From: Vicinamibacterales bacterium
GTDB taxonomy: Bacteria; Acidobacteriota; Vicinamibacteria; Vicinamibacterales; UBA8438
NCBI GenBank assembly: GCA_937766455.1
Contig: CALLXD010000010.1
Span: forward strand, 8,298 to 72,297
Direction of reading: 5' to 3'
Length of the DNA stretch: 64,000 nt
Part shown: one piece after another, positions 29,720-39,597 of the stretch
Position numbering within the stretch: position 1 is the first letter of the stretch
How the letters are laid out: every line of letters begins with the position of its first letter
Made by a program: the position numbers and the translations under genes
The notes under the pieces: generated by a model
What the model was told of the DNA's origin: nothing
Seen by the model: only the letters and a program-made list of their open reading frames with translations
Databases searched by the model: none

Positions 29720-30392
29720 GGCTATTCGCATAAGACTGCCGGACCGCCTCGACGACACGCCGGAGCCCATCAACCCCGTCGAGCCTCTTTGGCTCCACGA
29801 ACAGGTCGATGGCGGCTACTCCCGCCGCCCCAAGGCCAAACACCTCCCCGGTGTTATCGACCGTTATGCCACCGATCGCCAGCACGGGCAGCGCGACCGC
29901 TCGGACCGCCGCCGCAAGCCGCGCTGCGCCCTGGGGCGCCAAGCCGGGTTTCGATCGCGACCGATACACGGTGCCGAACGTCAGATAGTCGACACCGCCG
30001 TCCGTTTCGACCGCCAGGGCCTCGGTAGCGCCGTGCACCGACCGCCCCAGCAGAAATCCCGGCGGCGTGTGGGGCCGGATCGCCGAGGCCGCTACTGAGC
30101 CCCCCCGTAAATGCACGCCCGCGGCGCCGGCCGCCAGCGCGATGTCAAGCCGGTCATTGACCAAAATGGCGGTAGCTGACCCGTCCGCAAGTCCCACACA
30201 GCGGCGAACCAGCGCCAGCATATCCGCATCCGGCAGGTCCGGCTCTCTCACCTGAACGAGATCGACCCCGACCGCTACGGCCCTCGCCACCAACTCCAGG
30301 AGCCCAGCGGATCCGGCGGGCGACAGCGCGAGGCGGCCCCGATCGGTCACCAACGACAGAATGGGACGACGACTCACCGGTCCTGGACGCAC
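29703..30392 (-). CDS. thiE: Thiamine-phosphate synthase
   Basis: 229 aa with LVQVREPDL...VHLRGG...IGGIT, the typical ThiE pattern. GTG start. Confidence 0.83.
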   Translation of the reverse strand: MRPGPVSRRPILSLVTDRGRLALSPAGSAGLLELVARAVAVGVDLVQVREPDLPDADMLALVRRCVGLADGSATAILVNDRLDIALAAGAAGVHLRGGSVAASAIRPHTPPGFLLGRSVHGATEALAVETDGGVDYLTFGTVYRSRSKPGLAPQGAARLAAAVRAVALPVLAIGGITVDNTGEVFGLGAAGVAAIDLFVEPKRLDGVDGLRRVVEAVRQSYANSHGPGE

Positions 30393-30649
30393 GAACCCGT
30401 ATCCTCGCTCGGCGCCGGCGCGACTACTTCCGGGCTCGCGGGCTGAGCGTCACGCGGTCGCAGACGACCCACTCCCTCCCGAACCCAAGCCAACAACTCC
30501 CAGATTCCGGCGCCCATATTCACCGCGCCGACTCCGGACACTGCACCACGCATCGCCGCCAACTGCACCACGCCGCCAAACCACGGCCATGTCTCCAGCC
30601 ACAGGTTCCGCTCCCAAAAGGTGGACCACGGTGCGATCAACAGCACCAC
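30374..30649 (-). CDS. Trp-rich small membrane protein (hypothetical; start unclear)
   Basis: Hydrophobic/Trp-rich sequence. The open frame extends upstream to the TPR gene stop without an ATG, GTG or TTG, so the true start is uncertain. Confidence 0.3.
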   Translation of the reverse strand: MVLLIAPWSTFWERNLWLETWPWFGGVVQLAAMRGAVSGVGAVNMGAGIWELLAWVREGVGRLRPRDAQPASPEVVAPAPSEDTGSCVQDR

Positions 30650-30701
30650 GCCAGTCTCCAGCAGATAGACGATCAGCAGCGTCCGGCCCAGGCGATGAAT
30701 C

Positions 30702-31193
30702 TCATCCTCCCAGCAAAGTGGTGGTCAACCGAGCCACACGCTGCTCGACATCCCGATAGATGCCGGCCGTCCGTTGCAACTCCAAGAACACGGCCAACGC
30801 ACGAGCCCACTCGTCCCTGCCGTCGAGCGACGTTCCAAGATGATAGAGCAGCGTCCAGCCCTCATCTGGGGTCGGCGCTGTCACCGCGGCCGCGCGCTCG
30901 AACCAGTTGATCGCATCAACCGCATTTCCCTCGTCACGATAGATTCGCCCAAGTAGGGCCGCGGCAGGAAACCGGTATCGCACGGAGTCGGACGCCGTCG
31001 CCAAGGCCGCCTTGGCCTCGTCGTATCGACCAACCCGACCATACGCCACGCCCATCAAATAGTGCTGCTCCGCGATCGCGTCCGGCCCGTGCGCCTCAGA
31101 GAGCCGCCGTCGCAACGACCCGAAATGGTTGCCGAGCGGATCACGCCTGTCTTCGACGCTCGCCGTCTGCCGCTGTTGCTCGTCGTCCACCAC
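30702..31193 (-). CDS. TPR-repeat protein
   Basis: YLMGVAYGRVGRYDEAKAAL..LGRIYRDEGNAVDAINWFERAA are TPR-like helices. Confidence 0.6.
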   Translation of the reverse strand: MVDDEQQRQTASVEDRRDPLGNHFGSLRRRLSEAHGPDAIAEQHYLMGVAYGRVGRYDEAKAALATASDSVRYRFPAAALLGRIYRDEGNAVDAINWFERAAAVTAPTPDEGWTLLYHLGTSLDGRDEWARALAVFLELQRTAGIYRDVEQRVARLTTTLLGG

Positions 31194-31220
31194 GCCGGGC
31201 GCCTCCCTCAGGGGCCGCAG

Positions 31221-31871
31221 TCAGACGATGGTATCAAACACGGAAGAGGGCCGAAACGAGAGGCGGTGGGCTGGCGAGTAGCCATGCCTTGCCAAGGCCG
31301 TCAGGTGTTCCGCGGTCCCATACCCTTTGTGTCGATCGAATCCGTAGCGGGGGTCGACCTGGTGCAGCTCGACCATCAGCCGGTCTCGAAATACCTTTGC
31401 GACAATGGATGCGGCTGCAATGCCGGCACAGCGACGGTCACCGCCGACGATGCCACGCTGGGGAATGAACAGGCGTGGAATGCGAAACGCGTCAACCAAC
31501 GCGAAGTCCGGGAGCGGCGACAACGCAGTGACCGCGGCGCGCATCGCCGCGAGCGATGCGTGATGAATATTGACCCGATCGATGGTGTCCCTGTCGCCAA
31601 GGCCTACCGACCACGACAGACATACACGGAGAATCTCATCGTTGAGACGGTCGCGCGCGGCCGGGCTTAGTAACTTGGAGTCGCGGAGGCCCACCAGACG
31701 ATCCCCTGCCGGCAGCACGACAGCCGCCGCGACGACAGGGCCGGCCAACGCGCCCCGTCCGACCTCGTCAACACCGGCGATCCGCGCGAACCCGAGCCGA
31801 CGCAACTCGTTCTCGGTGGTGCGTCTGGCCGACCCGCGGCCCCGCCGAGTCGAGCGAGCCCGCATGCTCAC
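31221..31871 (-). CDS. rnhB: Ribonuclease HII
   Basis: [23 protein letters not shown]...DSKLL is the RNase HII signature. Confidence 0.9.
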   Translation of the reverse strand: MSMRARSTRRGRGSARRTTENELRRLGFARIAGVDEVGRGALAGPVVAAAVVLPAGDRLVGLRDSKLLSPAARDRLNDEILRVCLSWSVGLGDRDTIDRVNIHHASLAAMRAAVTALSPLPDFALVDAFRIPRLFIPQRGIVGGDRRCAGIAAASIVAKVFRDRLMVELHQVDPRYGFDRHKGYGTAEHLTALARHGYSPAHRLSFRPSSVFDTIV

Positions 31872-32239
31872 CCCGCGATAGGCCGACGCTTCTCACGGAG
31901 CCGCGCCGCGCGCCCGCGCAGCTTACGAAGGAAATAGAGTTTGGCGCGTCGTACCCGAGCCGCGCGACCGATTTCGATCTTATCGATGGAAGGCGAATGC
32001 AGCGGAAAAATACGCTCCACGCCTTGTCCGAAGGAGACCTTTCGGACCGTAAAGGTACTCCGGGCGCCCGCGCGCTTGAGACCAATGACCACACCTTCGA
32101 ACACCTGAATTCGCTCTTTTTCGCCTTCACGAATCTTGGCGTGGACACGCACCGTCAGGCCAGGCCTAATATCAGGGCGCTCGTGTAGCTGGGCCTGCTC
32201 AATCGATTCAATCGCATTCATCGTTGTCACCTGGGTCAC
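31868..32239 (-). CDS. rplS: 50S ribosomal protein L19 (bL19)
   Basis: [52 protein letters not shown] 32239 has AAGGAAG 7 nt upstream; ATG 32221 is an alternative. Confidence 0.92.
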   Translation of the reverse strand: MTQVTTMNAIESIEQAQLHERPDIRPGLTVRVHAKIREGEKERIQVFEGVVIGLKRAGARSTFTVRKVSFGQGVERIFPLHSPSIDKIEIGRAARVRRAKLYFLRKLRGRAARLREKRRPIAG

Positions 32240-32251
32240 TTGGTCACTTCC

Positions 32252-32983
32252 TTACTCGTTCTCTAACGCGCTCAACGCCGCGCGCTCCTCGTCGTCGAGC
32301 ACCGCGTGCTCCAGCAGCTCCGGGCGCCGCTCGCGTGTCCGACGCACCGCTTGCCGTTTTCGCCAGGTTCGAATGGCACCGTGGTGCCCGGAGAGCAGCA
32401 CTTCTGGCACCGCGTGCCCGTCCAGCGACGCCGGCCTCGTATAGTCCGGGTAGTCGAGCAGGCCCCTGGCAAAGGAATCCTGACGCACCGACTCGGCGTC
32501 GCCCACCACCCCTGGAACAAGCCGCGCCACCGCCTCCACCACCACCGCGGCTGCCAACTCCCCACCGCTCAACACGTAGTCGCCGATGGACACCTCATCC
32601 GTCACGAGTTGGTCACGCACCCGCTCGTCGACTCCTTCATACCGGCCGCACAACAGGACCATGTGGCGGAGCTGGCTAAACCGGACCGCCTCAGCGTGCC
32701 GGAACGGCCGTCCCTGTGGTGACATCAGCGCCACCGAGGCGGGCTCGCCGTGGTCGCGCCGAATCCCCTCGCAGGCCCTGACGAACGGCTCCGCTTTGAG
32801 CACCATGCCGGGCCCGCCGCCGTACGGGACATCGTCCACGGTTCGGTGCCGGTCCGAGGTGTAGTCACGTAGATCGTGCACACCCACCGTCACCACCCCT
32901 CGCTCGACGGCCCGACCGAGCACTCCCTCACCGAGCATCGCCTTTACCATGCCCGGAAAGATTGTGACGACGTCGAATCTCAG
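32252..32983 (-). CDS. trmD: tRNA (guanine37-N1)-methyltransferase, apparent CTG start
   Basis: The conserved N-terminus (L)[11 protein letters not shown] is encoded only if CTG 32983 is used. An in-frame TGA lies immediately upstream, and the first ATG (32950) would remove 11 conserved residues. Confidence 0.88.
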   Translation of the reverse strand: MRFDVVTIFPGMVKAMLGEGVLGRAVERGVVTVGVHDLRDYTSDRHRTVDDVPYGGGPGMVLKAEPFVRACEGIRRDHGEPASVALMSPQGRPFRHAEAVRFSQLRHMVLLCGRYEGVDERVRDQLVTDEVSIGDYVLSGGELAAAVVVEAVARLVPGVVGDAESVRQDSFARGLLDYPDYTRPASLDGHAVPEVLLSGHHGAIRTWRKRQAVRRTRERRPELLEHAVLDDEERAALSALENE

Positions 32984-33534
32984 TCAGACCTCCTCGCCGC
33001 CGACGATGGATTCAACGCCAGCAAGCCATCTGGCGGGTCGATGATGATGACCCGCCCGATCCGGTCAATTCGTCTACAGATGGCGTCGACCAAAGGCACA
33101 TGAATCTCGCCATCCGCGTCTTCAAGAATCAACCGATGTGCCCCCGCATCCCCTTCGACACCACTGACGGTACCGACCGTGACACCGTCCACCGTCTCGA
33201 CCTTACAGCCGATGAGTTCGTGGTGATAGTAGGACCCATCCGGCAACGATCCCAGCGTCCCGGCCGGTATCCGAAGATCCGTCGACGCCAGCGATTCGGC
33301 CTCGTCCATCGAGTGCACCTCGTCGAACGCCACGATCGGTCGCCCCCGGTGAAAACGCAGATCGCTGATGCACAGGCCGGCAACCTCGCCCTCACGCTGC
33401 ACATAGAGGGTCTTCCCTGGACAAAAACGCTCGTCTGGAAAATCAGTATCCGGATCGATGATCACGCGGCCCCGGTTCCCGTGAGCCCGCGCGATCCGCC
33501 CAACCGACACCATCGAGTCCCAGTCCAGGGTCAC
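32980..33534 (-). CDS. rimM: 16S rRNA processing protein RimM
   Basis: [16 protein letters not shown]...PRC-barrel-like C-terminus. The position between the KH gene and trmD is canonical. Confidence 0.88.
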   Translation of the reverse strand: MTLDWDSMVSVGRIARAHGNRGRVIIDPDTDFPDERFCPGKTLYVQREGEVAGLCISDLRFHRGRPIVAFDEVHSMDEAESLASTDLRIPAGTLGSLPDGSYYHHELIGCKVETVDGVTVGTVSGVEGDAGAHRLILEDADGEIHVPLVDAICRRIDRIGRVIIIDPPDGLLALNPSSAARRSD

Positions 33535-33773
33535 TCGTCGACAAAATCCACAGTCACTCGCCGCTCGTCTGGCGCCTGAGCCAATTCGGCCAGCACCCGG
33601 ATCGACGTCGCCGTTCGCCCCTGCCGCCCGATCATGCGGCCCAAGTCGTGGCCCGCGGTGGACAACTCCACATGGAGCACCTCCCCGTCTTCCCGCTCGG
33701 TCACCGACACGTCGTCAGCGCGGTCGGCCAGCGCCCTGGCGAGTACCTCCACGACATCACGGGAGCGACTCAC
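33531..33773 (-). CDS. KH-domain RNA-binding protein (UPF0109/YlqC-like)
   Basis: 80 aa with GRMIGRQGRT (GxxG), located between rpsP and rimM. Confidence 0.8.
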   Translation of the reverse strand: MSRSRDVVEVLARALADRADDVSVTEREDGEVLHVELSTAGHDLGRMIGRQGRTATSIRVLAELAQAPDERRVTVDFVDE

Positions 33774-34099
33774 GTCGCCGCCTGGGTGTCACCGGTGCCC
33801 TCGTCGGACGCCGCCGCAGCGGCGCCAGCCACCTCCGGCTCATCAGCCGCCTCCGACGCCGGGGGCGCCGGATGACGCGCCAGCAACGTGCGGACCGTAT
33901 CTGACGGTTGAGCGCCCTTGCTGACCCAATGGCCTACGCGGTCGTAGTCCACCTCAAGCACTTCCGGTTCGGTTCGCGGGTTGTAGTACCCCAGTATTTC
34001 GACGAACCGCCCGTCGCGCGGCGCGCTCGATTCCACCACCACAACCCGGTAGAACGCCCGCTTGGTGGTGCCAACCCGAGTCAATCGAATGGTCAACAT
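33770..34099 (-). CDS. rpsP: 30S ribosomal protein S16 (bS16)
   Basis: MLTIRLTRVGTTKRAFYRVVVVESSAPRDGRFVEILGYYNP. Confidence 0.93.
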   Translation of the reverse strand: MLTIRLTRVGTTKRAFYRVVVVESSAPRDGRFVEILGYYNPRTEPEVLEVDYDRVGHWVSKGAQPSDTVRTLLARHPAPPASEAADEPEVAGAAAAASDEGTGDTQAAT

Positions 34100-34128
34100 G
34101 CGTTTATCAACTCCTCAGTCCTGGTTCA

Positions 34129-35493
34129 CTATCGCACCGGAAAACGCGGCCCCGCGGGCATCGCCCGACGCCGACCGCCCTTTTTCTTCCGAGACCGCGA
34201 TGCCCCGCCGACCGCCCGAAGCATCCGCCGCATCTCCATAAACTGTTTCAACAACCGATTCACGTCCTGGACCGTCGTGCCGCTCCCGGACGCGATCCGC
34301 TTCCGACGGCTACCATCAATCACCTGGTAGTGGCTGCGCTCGCGTGGCGTCATCGAATCGATCATCGCCATCGTGTGCGACAGCGCTTTCGGATCGATCT
34401 CCGTCGGCATCTGTGACGCCATCTGCCCCATGCCAGGGACCATGCCCATGAGTCGATCGAGCGGGCCCATGCGGCTGACGGTCTTCAACTGATCGCGCAT
34501 ATCCTGCAGCGTGAAGTCGTTTCCGCGGATCTTCCGCTCCAGCCGGGTGGCCTCCTCCGGAGTCACCACCTGCTCCGCCTTCTCCACCAGCGACAACACG
34601 TCGCCCATTCCCAAGATGCGCGAGACGAGTCGGTCCGGGTGAAACGGCTGGAGATCCTGCAACCGTTCGCCGTCGCCGATGAAGGACACCGGCACCCCGA
34701 CGACCGACACCACCGACAGGGCCGCGCCCCCGCGTGCATCACCGTCCATCTTGCTCAGCACGACGCCGCTGATCCCGAGTCGCCGGTGGAATTCGCCGGC
34801 GCTCTTGATCGCGTCCTGACCGGTCATCGCATCGGCGACGTAGAGCAGGTCCGACGGCTCGACGGCCGCCTTCAACGCGTCCAACTCGCCCATCAGCTCG
34901 TCGTCGACATGCAGCCGCCCGGCCGTGTCGATCAGCACGACGTCGAAGCCGAAGGACTTCGCCATCTCCACCGCGCCCTCGGCCCGGGCCACGACCTGCG
35001 TTCCGTGATCCGGCTCGTGCACGCGGACGCTGGCCTCGGCCGCCAGCACGCCGAGCTGTTCGATCGCGGCCGGTCGTCGTACGTCTGTCGACACCACGAG
35101 AGGATGTCGTCCATGCTCGCCGAGCCACCGGGCGAGCTTCACCGTGGTCGTGGTCTTGCCGGCCCCCTGCAGGCCAAGCAACATCACCACCTGAGGCCTT
35201 TGCTTACTTGAAGACAGGCCTGGTTGGCCCTCTCCCATCAGCGCCAGCAGTTCGTCGCGCACAATAGCCACGACCTGCTGGGTCGGCGTCAGGCTCTCGA
35301 GCACTGCGCGGTCGACCGCGCGGTCACGCACGCGATCGATGAACGCCTTCACCACCTTGAAATTAACGTCCGCCTCAAGCAGCGCCAGGCGAATTTCGCG
35401 CAGCGCGGTCTCGACGGACGCAGGCGTCAGGCGCGTCTCACGCCGAACCGACGCGAAGACGGCCTGGAGGCGATCACTCAGCGACGCGAACAT
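34129..35493 (-). CDS. ffh: Signal recognition particle protein Ffh
   Basis: Start at MFASLSDRLQ. GLQGAGKTTT, DTAGR, and a Met-rich M-domain. Confidence 0.93.
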   Translation of the reverse strand: MFASLSDRLQAVFASVRRETRLTPASVETALREIRLALLEADVNFKVVKAFIDRVRDRAVDRAVLESLTPTQQVVAIVRDELLALMGEGQPGLSSSKQRPQVVMLLGLQGAGKTTTTVKLARWLGEHGRHPLVVSTDVRRPAAIEQLGVLAAEASVRVHEPDHGTQVVARAEGAVEMAKSFGFDVVLIDTAGRLHVDDELMGELDALKAAVEPSDLLYVADAMTGQDAIKSAGEFHRRLGISGVVLSKMDGDARGGAALSVVSVVGVPVSFIGDGERLQDLQPFHPDRLVSRILGMGDVLSLVEKAEQVVTPEEATRLERKIRGNDFTLQDMRDQLKTVSRMGPLDRLMGMVPGMGQMASQMPTEIDPKALSHTMAMIDSMTPRERSHYQVIDGSRRKRIASGSGTTVQDVNRLLKQFMEMRRMLRAVGGASRSRKKKGGRRRAMPAGPRFPVR

Positions 35494-35677
35494 GAACAGG
35501 CCCCACGGGGGAATAACTCGGTCATTGTGCCCGCCGGCCCATCTGCACACCGGCATTACAGGCACGCCTACAGATGGCTGCAGACGTTGCCATGGTCTAA
35601 GCGCTTCAAACGCAACCGTTTATCGTAGCGCTGCGCGGGATGAACTGTCAACAAAAGGGGCGAGACGGGACCGTGCG

Positions 35678-36955
35678 TCACACGGATTTCAGGATGTGGC
35701 CGAGCTTGTTCTTCTTGGTCCGCAGATACACGGTCGCGGCGCCGGTCGTGGGCACCTCCAGCCCCAGCGTAGCCGACACCGACAGGCCGTATCCTTCCAA
35801 CCCGATAAACTTTCGCGGGTTGTTTGTGAGCAACCGCATACTGCGCACGCCCAGCTCGCCCAGAATCTGCGCGCCGATGCCGTAGTCGCGCTGATCCGGC
35901 TTGAAACCGAGCCGCTCGTTCGCCTCTACGGTGTCGTAACCCTGGTCCTGCAGTTCGTAGGCGCGGATCTTGTTGGTGAGCCCGATGCCCCGGCCTTCCT
36001 GATTCAAGTACAACAACACGCCGCGCCCCTCGGCCGCTATTCGTTCCATCGCCGTGCTCAGCTGTGCGCCGCAATCACACCTGGCGGAATGAAAGACCTC
36101 ACCGGTCAGACAGCGGGAGTGGACCCGCACCAGCACATCCTCACCCGCTCCGATATCGCCGCATACCAGGGCCACATGCGTCTCACCATCGATGACACTC
36201 TCGAACGAGACGATCTCGAATTCCCCGTATTCCGTCGGAAGTTTGGAGGCCGCCTCCCGCCGCACGAGCCGCTCATGACGCATCCGGTACTTGATCAGAT
36301 CGGCGATCGTGATCATGAGCAGCTTGTGCTTCCGGGCGAAGCGCCGCAAATCCGGCACCCGCGCCATCGTGCCGTCCTCGTTCATGATTTCGCAGATCAC
36401 ACCGGCTGGCTCGAGCCCGGCGATCCGGGCGAGGTCGACGGCCGCCTCGGTCTGACCGGACCGTACGAGGACGCCACCCTCGCGCGCGCGCAACGGAAAC
36501 ATATGCCCCGGACGGACCAGATCGCGGGCCACAGACTTCGGGTCTGCGGCGACGCGCGCCGTGACCGCGCGGTCGGCGGCCGAGATCCCCGTGCTCGTCG
36601 ATTCTCTCGCTTCGACCGACACGCAGAAGGCCGTGTTGAACTGAGAGGAGTTGTCTCGAACCATCAGCGGGATATCGAGCGCATCCAATCGCTCGCCGAC
36701 CATCGGCACGCAGATCAAGCCACGGCCGTACTTCGCCATGAAGTTGATAATCTCTGGAGTGGTCTTCTCCGCCGCTATCGTCAGATCACCCTCGTTCTCC
36801 CGGTCTTCGTCATCCACGACGATGACCATCTTGCCCGCCTTGATAGCCGCGAGCGCGTCCTCGATCGACGCGAATCCGGTGGCGCTCCGGCCAGCGGCGA
36901 GTTTGAGTGCCGGTGTCCGTTTCCGCGGGCGCTTACGCGTGGGTGTCTCAGCCAT
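35678..36955 (-). CDS. ribBA: Bifunctional DHBP synthase / GTP cyclohydrolase II
   Basis: [13 protein letters not shown] (RibB) and [20 protein letters not shown] (RibA). Confidence 0.92.
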   Translation of the reverse strand: MAETPTRKRPRKRTPALKLAAGRSATGFASIEDALAAIKAGKMVIVVDDEDRENEGDLTIAAEKTTPEIINFMAKYGRGLICVPMVGERLDALDIPLMVRDNSSQFNTAFCVSVEARESTSTGISAADRAVTARVAADPKSVARDLVRPGHMFPLRAREGGVLVRSGQTEAAVDLARIAGLEPAGVICEIMNEDGTMARVPDLRRFARKHKLLMITIADLIKYRMRHERLVRREAASKLPTEYGEFEIVSFESVIDGETHVALVCGDIGAGEDVLVRVHSRCLTGEVFHSARCDCGAQLSTAMERIAAEGRGVLLYLNQEGRGIGLTNKIRAYELQDQGYDTVEANERLGFKPDQRDYGIGAQILGELGVRSMRLLTNNPRKFIGLEGYGLSVSATLGLEVPTTGAATVYLRTKKNKLGHILKSV

Positions 36956-37604
36956 CTCGCTCCTCGAGGTCGAGCCGGGGCCGGGCGAAGTCGCCCACCT
37001 CCAGCGCTCGTACGACGTATTTCCCGATGATATCGCACTCCAGATTCACCGTCGCCCCCACGTCCAGGTGACTGAGATTGGTGTGCTCCCACGTGAATGG
37101 CACAATCTGCACGACGAATCGCTCCTCCTCGAGCCCAGCGACCGTCAGGCTAATCCCGTCCACCGCGACTGACCCCTTACGGACGAACAGCGGCGCCAGC
37201 GCCGAGGGCAACGACACCGTCACCCGATGGAACTCGGCCTCGTGACGGATCTCGTCGATCTGCCCGGTGGCATCCACGTGCCCCTGCACGAAATGCCCTC
37301 CCACCCGCGTATCCGCCCGCATCGACCGTTCGAGGTTGACAACGCTCCCAGCCCGCAACGTGCCGAGTCCGGTGACTCGGGCCGTCTCCGGCGATATGTC
37401 GGCGTGGAACGCGTGACCACGCTCAGCGTTCGCCTCCGTCGGCGGCTCCGTGTGCACCACGGTCAGGCACACGCCGTTGACGGCGATGCTCTCTCCAAGC
37501 TGCAGCTCAGGAGCGAGCGACGTCGCCACCACAATCCGAAACCCAGCCGGTATCGGTCGAAGATCGGCAACGGTGCCGCACGTTTCAATCAACCCGTTGA
37601 ACAT
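36948..37604 (-). CDS. ribE: Riboflavin synthase alpha chain
   Basis: [12 protein letters not shown]...[13 protein letters not shown]...VNLE repeats. Confidence 0.9.
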   Translation of the reverse strand: MFNGLIETCGTVADLRPIPAGFRIVVATSLAPELQLGESIAVNGVCLTVVHTEPPTEANAERGHAFHADISPETARVTGLGTLRAGSVVNLERSMRADTRVGGHFVQGHVDATGQIDEIRHEAEFHRVTVSLPSALAPLFVRKGSVAVDGISLTVAGLEEERFVVQIVPFTWEHTNLSHLDVGATVNLECDIIGKYVVRALEVGDFARPRLDLEERDG

Positions 37605-38688
37605 CTGCCTCCAGTAAGACGTCGTCGCCCAACGATTGGGATGCGCCGCCACCAAGCGCCGCCATCGAGATTTCGCCGCCTGGCATCCACGGAACGGCCC
37701 CCGGCCCGAGCGTCACGGGAGCCACATAGAGCCGAACGCGGTCGACCACACCCGCAGCCCAGATGCTGCGATGCAACACCGCTCCACCCTCCACCAGGAT
37801 GTCACAGACGTCATACGCGAGCAGGAGGGACATCGCGGCCGCGGGATCGCGAGTAGGCAGTGCCTCGATCGTCGCTCCCGCCGCCTTCAACGCCACCACC
37901 CGCGTCGGCCAGGCCTCCACGGCGGCCTCAGTCGTGATGACGACAACGGGACCGGCATCGAGTGTGCGCAAGACACGGGAGGTCGGCGGCGTCCGCATCC
38001 GGGTGTCAAACAGCACTCTCACCAGCCGTCGCGAGCGCGTCACGCCACGCGCCGTCAGCAACGGGTCGTCTATACACACGGTTTCCGAGCCCACCGCGAT
38101 GGCATCTACCGAAGCCCGCACGCCGTGCGCGTGGATCGATGACTCGGGACCTGTCAATGCCGTTCGCTGGCCAGGCGCCTTGGCGATACAGCTGTCGAGG
38201 CTGACCGCAGCCTTGATCGTGACGAACGGACGCGCAAGACGCTGGACCGTGAAAAACGCCTCATTGAGGCGTGTCGCCTCCGCGCGTCGCAGTCCAACCG
38301 ACACCGCCACCCCGTGCTCACGCAAATACGTGAGGCCCTCCCCGTTGACGCGCGGGTTCGGGTCTTCGACCGCAACGACCACCTCCCGCAATCCAGCCTG
38401 CACCACACGCTCCACGCACGGGCCGGTGCGACCGGTGTGACAACAGGGTTCAAGCGTGCAGTAGAGCCGTCCACCCCGAGCCGACTCGCCGGCCTCCTCA
38501 AGAGCCACGACTTCGGCATGGGGCGCACCCGCGCGCGCATGGTATCCACGGCCCACCGTGCGGCCACCGACGGTGACGACCGCACCCACCATCGGGTTTG
38601 GGCTCGTCGCACCGCGCCCGCGGGCCGCAAGTGCCAGGGCCTCGTCCATTCGCGCCTCGTCGTCAGCGACGGAAACCACGCGTGTCAC
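37585..38688 (-). CDS. ribD: Bifunctional riboflavin deaminase/reductase
   Basis: HAEVVAL...TLEPCCHTGRTGPC deaminase motif plus a reductase C-domain. GTG 38688 overlaps the ftsY stop as GTGA. Confidence 0.9.
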   Translation of the reverse strand: MTRVVSVADDEARMDEALALAARGRGATSPNPMVGAVVTVGGRTVGRGYHARAGAPHAEVVALEEAGESARGGRLYCTLEPCCHTGRTGPCVERVVQAGLREVVVAVEDPNPRVNGEGLTYLREHGVAVSVGLRRAEATRLNEAFFTVQRLARPFVTIKAAVSLDSCIAKAPGQRTALTGPESSIHAHGVRASVDAIAVGSETVCIDDPLLTARGVTRSRRLVRVLFDTRMRTPPTSRVLRTLDAGPVVVITTEAAVEAWPTRVVALKAAGATIEALPTRDPAAAMSLLLAYDVCDILVEGGAVLHRSIWAAGVVDRVRLYVAPVTLGPGAVPWMPGGEISMAALGGGASQSLGDDVLLEADVQRVD

Positions 38689-39590
38689 CAGACTGGCTCG
38701 AACAGCGCGTCCACGTACTCGGTCGCAGAGAACGGCACCAGGTCGTCCAACTGTTCCCCCACTCCGACGTACCGAATCGGAACTCCGAGTTCCGATGCGA
38801 TCGCGACGGCGATACCGCCCTTCGCCGTACCGTCCAATTTCGTGAGCACGACGCCGGTGACGCCGGCGGTCTCAAGAAAGGCCCGGGCCTGGGCCAACCC
38901 GTTCTGCCCCACGGTGGCATCCAGGACCAGGAGCGTCTCATGTGGTGCTCCGGCGACGGCGCGACCGGCGACGCGCCGAATCTTGTCGAGCTCATCCATG
39001 AGATTGGCCCGCGTATGTAGCCGGCCAGCCGTGTCGACGAGGACGACGTCACGGCCCCGCGCCTTGCCCGCGGTGATGGCGTCGAATACCACGGCGGCCG
39101 GATCGGAACCGGGACGCGCCCTGATGAAGTCGGCGTCCACCCGCTTCGCCCACACCTCAAGTTGTTCGACGGCGGCCGCCCGAAACGTATCGGCGGCGCA
39201 AATAACCAACTGGTCCCCAGATAACGTCAACAGCCGCGCAAGACGGCCGACCGTCGTCGTCTTGCCGGTCCCGTTCACCCCGACCACAAGTACCACGCGA
39301 GGCTTCGCGTCAATCAACGGCGCGGGGCCGGGCGACTCGAGCACACGAACCAACTCGGTCTTGACGAGGGTGCGCAGATCCTCATCGCCACGATGGTCAC
39401 GGGCCGCTTGGAGCAGGCGGCCCGTCGCCGCGACTCCAATATCCGCCTCCAGCAGGATCCCTTCGAGGTCGTCCAGGGTATCGACTGCGGTACCGCCAGC
39501 CGCCCGGCCGGCGCTCAAACCGTCAAGGCGGCCCACCAGTTGTTCGGCGGTGCGCCGCAGTCCCGTCCGAAGCCGTTCAAACACGCTCAC
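38685..39590 (-). CDS. ftsY: Signal recognition particle receptor FtsY (short, NG-domain form)
   Basis: GVNGTGKTTT, DTAGRLH and TKLDGTAKGG. Confidence 0.92.
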   Translation of the reverse strand: MSVFERLRTGLRRTAEQLVGRLDGLSAGRAAGGTAVDTLDDLEGILLEADIGVAATGRLLQAARDHRGDEDLRTLVKTELVRVLESPGPAPLIDAKPRVVLVVGVNGTGKTTTVGRLARLLTLSGDQLVICAADTFRAAAVEQLEVWAKRVDADFIRARPGSDPAAVVFDAITAGKARGRDVVLVDTAGRLHTRANLMDELDKIRRVAGRAVAGAPHETLLVLDATVGQNGLAQARAFLETAGVTGVVLTKLDGTAKGGIAVAIASELGVPIRYVGVGEQLDDLVPFSATEYVDALFEPVW

Positions 39591-39597
39591 GAAATCA

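Noticed and set aside
29703-38700. TPP riboswitch before thiE and FMN riboswitch before ribD.
   Set aside because: Both genes overlap their upstream ORFs, so there is no leader region. No CUGAGA-type TPP core was seen.
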